Notes under the pieces: generated by a model | Told to the model about the DNA's origin: nothing | Database searches by the model: none | What the model saw: the letters and a program-made list of their open reading frames with translations, nothing else | Translations under genes and position numbers: made by a program | Source: Klebsormidium nitens | Lineage: Eukaryota > Plantae > Klebsormidiophyceae | NCBI GenBank assembly: GCA_000708835.1 | Contig: DF237087.1 | Coordinates: 62,001-126,000 of the forward strand | Length of the DNA stretch: 64,000 nucleotides | Direction: 5' to 3' | Shown here: in pieces, positions 59,872 to 64,000 of the stretch | How the letters are laid out: each line of letters starts with the position of its first letter | How positions within the stretch are numbered: the stretch's first letter is position 1

Positions 59872-61949
59872 GTTTCGCTGATTTACATTGACTTCCGAAA
59901 CTAAGAACGATCATATGCCGCAAGGTCACTTGCCAGCATTTTCTTTGCATAAAAGCCATCCGTGGCAAGAGGATGTAGGAAGCTGCCCGATTGGGGATTT
60001 AAGCAGCCGACGGCCTCCAATTGGGACTTTGTTTGTGTGCCTTTGCAATACAGAGATCATGCATGCTTGTTCATGTTGCGAAGCTATCAAGGTTGCAAGC
60101 TTTGGTTGCAAAAATGAAGCTGCGGGCTTAAAGCTGCATATTTTATGCATGGCCAGTTTAAGCCGGACACATACAAACCCGGAACGATCCGGCAAGAGTA
60201 TTAGCCTACTTGAAGGGCGCCAGATCAGCCTCCAGGACCGTAAGGCACACATTTTTTTGTGGCACTGCATTGGAGTCAGAAGCCCTATCCATTGATGTAG
60301 GTTGCCTTACCTATCAAACACCAACCTAGAAACAAACCGCTATTTTGATTCTTTGTGAGTACCCGGAAAGGCAAGGAATCACCACAAGGATAACTGCTTA
60401 CTGCATATGTTATATCGGTACAGCTTCTCCCGATCAACCTGCTAGTTTTACTGTCATCTAATCTAGACTAATTTCACTCACAAACAGACTGACTAAGTTA
60501 CACTATATTTTTCACTAAAACTAGCAGGTTGCTCGGAACTATAGCTGTATGTATCCGTTCTCTCCAAAAAGAACAGACCGTACTCGTACTTCATCGCGAA
60601 TGTTCTCAAATGCAGCGCGGTAAACGCGTAGTCGAGCGGGTTTTGGGTCAGTTTGGGGCTGTGGCTGTCCAGCCATTACCAAAGACTAAGTTCCGGTTCG
60701 ACTGTACACTGTTACCAGTGTGATAAGTGCAAACCGTAGGCTCTAGTTGCTCCGGCCTTGAGGCACGGTGGCACTTTTCATTATTCAGTCTTCAGTACCA
60801 GCTCGCAAATGGCCACCAGCAGCCCCGGCACCTAGCTTTGGTGCCGCTTACGGCACCGTGCTGATGGTACTCAGCTCGCAATGGCACCTTTTGGTGCATT
60901 CATGGCACCCTGCAGCTGCCATCCACTTGGCTTTCTCTGCTTCTATGCTGACTCAATTGGCCAGGGACTTGAGTCAGCTGGCTTGCATGGAGCTTGACTC
61001 ACCTGGCTTGGAGCTTCATTCAGCTAGTCTGGAGCATTTCTGCAAAGTTGCTAAACAGTGTATCTCCATACGTCCTCACGCTGTTAAGGGAAGAGAGGCT
61101 GCCCTCATCAGCCAGGGATTTATGGTGTGCAACCTTGTTTCAAATGCAAGTAAGTCTAATTCCGTAACGGCTGAGTTTGGGGACTAGCCTGAGTCGCTTG
61201 ATCTTCATGGTACGGGTGCTCAACGAAATGTCACAGTCAATGCAGAGGGTTGAAGTTCAACAACAGCACTTGGTGAGTAGCATAGTGCTGCCGGCTGGAA
61301 AGCCGCACGATGCAGGGAAAAGAGTAATTTCCGTGAAACTTAGCAAAGTTCAGGCTTTCAAGCATCATTGCCTCCATTTTGGGGGACGCAGATCTCAGGG
61401 TTTTGTGCACTCTGTGGGTGTCAGAAGGGAGCAAAAGATTAGGGATAGCTGGTCCACATGAAGGCTCGTTCAAGCACGTGGTTTTGCATGAGGGCGCAGG
61501 TCAATACGCGCAAAGTTGAGCATCAAAAAGGCTATGTTGCTGCGTATTAGATCATGTGTGTCTTGGGGTCAGAAAAGCTGTTGTCTCTACATACTTGGGC
61601 AATATACAATGATGATAAGCTGCGAGTCAGTTGTTGGGGACCCAATAGATCAAGTCAAAGATTGGGGGGTTTGAGCTGCCTAATTGCTGCTCAAGGCAGT
61701 GCACTCATTTAGATTTGGGCACCTCAGTTTTCTGGTCTCAGGTCGTTGGCAATCTCCTGAAGTGTCCCTCACAAAGACTGTCTGGATTTAAGGGTTATGA
61801 TGTCAAATGCTTGAAGGACTTACATAGACATGGAGAATGGTTGAAAGACAGTAGCGTCAGATTCTTTGCATCAGTGATTGAACACAGTTCTTAAATTGAG
61901 TTTACTTTTTTCTTCACTTCTTTGTGCTGCAGTTGGGTTCTCTTGGAAC

Positions 61950-64000
61950 ATGGCGAGGACTCGCCCCCCCGGAAGGACCAAGTCTGATCACTGGGTTCGT
62001 CAGGCGGCACGACATGCGTGCCCCGCAGACGACAGAGACTGCATTACAATCAGCGCCGAGAAGCAGGAGGCTCTCATCGCTGCTGTCAACACGCGAGGCG
62101 AGGCTGAACCTACCCTGTGCCACCGGCGGCGCCAGGAGTTCGAGGGGGTGCAAGCTGCTTGTGGATCCTCGCCATTCCGTCCTGAGGGCGAGCCCATGCT
62201 GGGACATGCTCAAGTAGCTTCCAAGCGGCCCTCCCTCGAGGTGAGCGAGCTTTGACAGCTTCCGTGTTACGAGCTTTTGCTCGGTTTCTCCAAACTTCCT
62301 TGGGCTGCGGCCACCGGGCCAGAAAAGGAGCGGGCCGCCACAAAAGCTAGAGCCAGGCAACAACTGCAACAACTGGTCGCTTTGAGTCTGGTCTAAGTCA
62401 AGCCCCCCAAACAGGCCGAGTTGCATTGTGAAACAAATACGCAGTAAGTGACTGCCAGAGCCTCGAGCAGGTGATCTGCTTGGTTTAGGAAGCATTGAGT
62501 ATAGAAAAGCCAATGCAAATTGACTGGCAGCCGCACCGGCATGTTTCTCCCGCAGCATCTTGCTCTTGTAACTGACAGCAGCGGCCAGATTATTTGCTTG
62601 GTTTGGGAGCTTCAAAAGTATAGAAGAGTTGGTGCAAATTGACTGCGGACATGCCCGCCAGTTTCAGACTTGATTCGGAACCATGTTTGTGAGGTCGATG
62701 ATCACGGTACCTTCTTCTAACGCGAGGCTTCGATGCAGGACCCATCGCTCGACGCGTGTGCTGCTCAGGGCGTCAGTCCTACGCACTCCCCCCAAGCTGC
62801 CCTCGACAACTCGCAGGACGATGCCTTTAGCTTCTCTACAATCCGGGCGCTCGTGAGAGCCGCGCTGACCGGATCGCCGAATGATTCGAAGAGGGGCCAG
62901 CGCGTCTTTCGGAAGCATGCAGGAACGGTGTGCCGTCGCGCTCGGGAGGAGGCTGGCCCTGCCGGCCTTCTGTGGTCGAGAGCCGCTTGGGAGGGCAGCT
63001 TGCATGCAGCGAAGACCGGCCTCGAGTGGCTGGCAGAAACGTCGGAAGTCGTTCTGCTGGACGGTTTCAAGGAGGTGCTGGCTGCGACAAAGAGGGCTCA
63101 CCTTGAGGGGCTCGAGCAGCCAGCAAGTGCGTCCAGCAGGCCTAGGCATGCGGCAAGAGAGAAGACGGCTGGCATGGCTCGCTCCCCAGCTGGCAATCCT
63201 AGAAAGAGAGCGGCTCAGCGCTCTGCACGTTCACTTGGCAAACCCGCAGACCAAGGTGAGGAGAGCAGCCGATCTGCGAACTTGTCCTTCGTTCAGCTTT
63301 TGATTCTCTTCGTTCAAACCAAGTCTTGAAGTCTGGTCTGGAGAGCAGATGATGCTAGAATGCAGTAACCGGCTGTTTGCATGATCAGTCCTTGTGTCCT
63401 GGCGTCTGCTGGAATTAGAGTCTGGACTAGCAAGAGTTATTGATGGCAGGTGCTTTGGCTTGACTTGGTGCGCTGGACGTTCCAAAGTGTCGAGCTTCGT
63501 AGCTTTTCTGGTGCCGCTGTGAGCCCCGCGTGCCCCAGTCTATTTGCCTGGCTTAGAAGCTCTAGAGTATAGAAGGCCAGGGCATATTGTCTTGCACCAT
63601 GCCGCGTGTTTCCGGACTTCCCGCTTTCAACTGATGGCGTGGACCAGTTTATTTGCCTGGCTTGGAAGCTCTGAAGTATAGATAAGCCAGTGCAAATTGT
63701 CTTGTAACTGATGGCGTGGACCACTTTATTTGCCTGGCTTGGAGACTCTAAGTATAGACAAGCCAGTGCATATTGTCTTGTAACTGAGTACGTTCGCATA
63801 TTCCCCATTTGGAGTGCAGCCCATTGTTGGTACCAGTGTCGTTCTGTAGAATCAATCAAGGCCTTCTATTTAGTGAGTTACTCGACTGCCTCTAGCCTCT
63901 AACCCCACCGTTTGTGTTCTTCAGATGATCTGCATACTCTTCAATGTAACAAGTGTGGCGCCACTGCGGAGTTTGCTCTTCGGGGCAGCAAGGAAGGGGG
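61950..64000 (+). CDS. Tandem paralog of the 53193 gene (5' part; continues beyond window)
   Basis: Exons 61950-62240, 62739-63255, 63925->64000 with phases 0 and 1. MARTRPPGRTKSDHWVRQAARHA matches MARGRPHGRSKSDHRVCQAARHA; KQEALIAAVN matches LQEARIAAVN; DLHTLQCNKCGATAEFALRGSKEG matches DLHSLYCNACGAPAEFGLRGSKEG. Confidence 0.8.
62474..63787 (+). repeat. Dispersed/tandem ~55-77 bp repeat family in introns 1 and 2 of the 61950 paralog
   Basis: Core TATTTGCYTGGYTT.GAAGC...AGTATAGA.AAGCCA.TGCAAATTG at about 62474, 62591, 63541, 63650 and 63727. The last two form a ~77 bp tandem pair (63629-63787). Confidence 0.85.

Noticed and set aside
60768-61461. ORFs of 94-139 aa between the two NTPase-nuclease paralogs (candidate immunity genes)
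   Set aside because: No convincing start or splice signals, and low-complexity degenerate-repeat composition. Cannot be supported as genes without expression data.
1-64000. rRNA, tRNA, CRISPR arrays, intact transposons
   Set aside because: None recognisable by eye in this window.

Overview
Intron-rich eukaryotic nuclear DNA with GC-rich exons and GT-AG introns. The gene set (UGT80, plastid-type CPBP protease, germin-like proteins, plant-type TAF1) points to a green plant lineage, probably a streptophyte alga such as Klebsormidium; this is inference. I spliced the models by hand. In order: sterol 3-beta-glucosyltransferase (+, 5'-truncated, to 6758); CAAX/CPBP protease (-); SCYL1-like pseudokinase (+); two convergent germin-like genes; TAF1 (-, 13 exons) head-to-head with DOHH (+); an F-box gene with C-terminal hydrophobic helices (-); then a lineage-specific region. 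That region holds a 13-exon gene, in frame apart from an N-gap in exon 1 (53193-59871). It encodes an N-terminal modular header with a CxxC-x20-CxxH-x5-C motif, a P-loop NTPase and a PD-(D/E)xK-type nuclease of the Crinkler/RHS (CR-NTPase + CR-REase) kind. A tandem paralog starts at 61950 and runs off the window. A second window-wide pattern is that introns carry diverged tandem 'echo' copies of neighbouring splice junctions (UGT80, TAF1, GLP1), alongside young near-exact 16-32 bp tandem duplications. Two tracts between convergent gene ends are unusually rich in 6-bp palindromes. No rRNA, tRNA, CRISPR array or recognisable transposase was found. One 372-N assembly gap.
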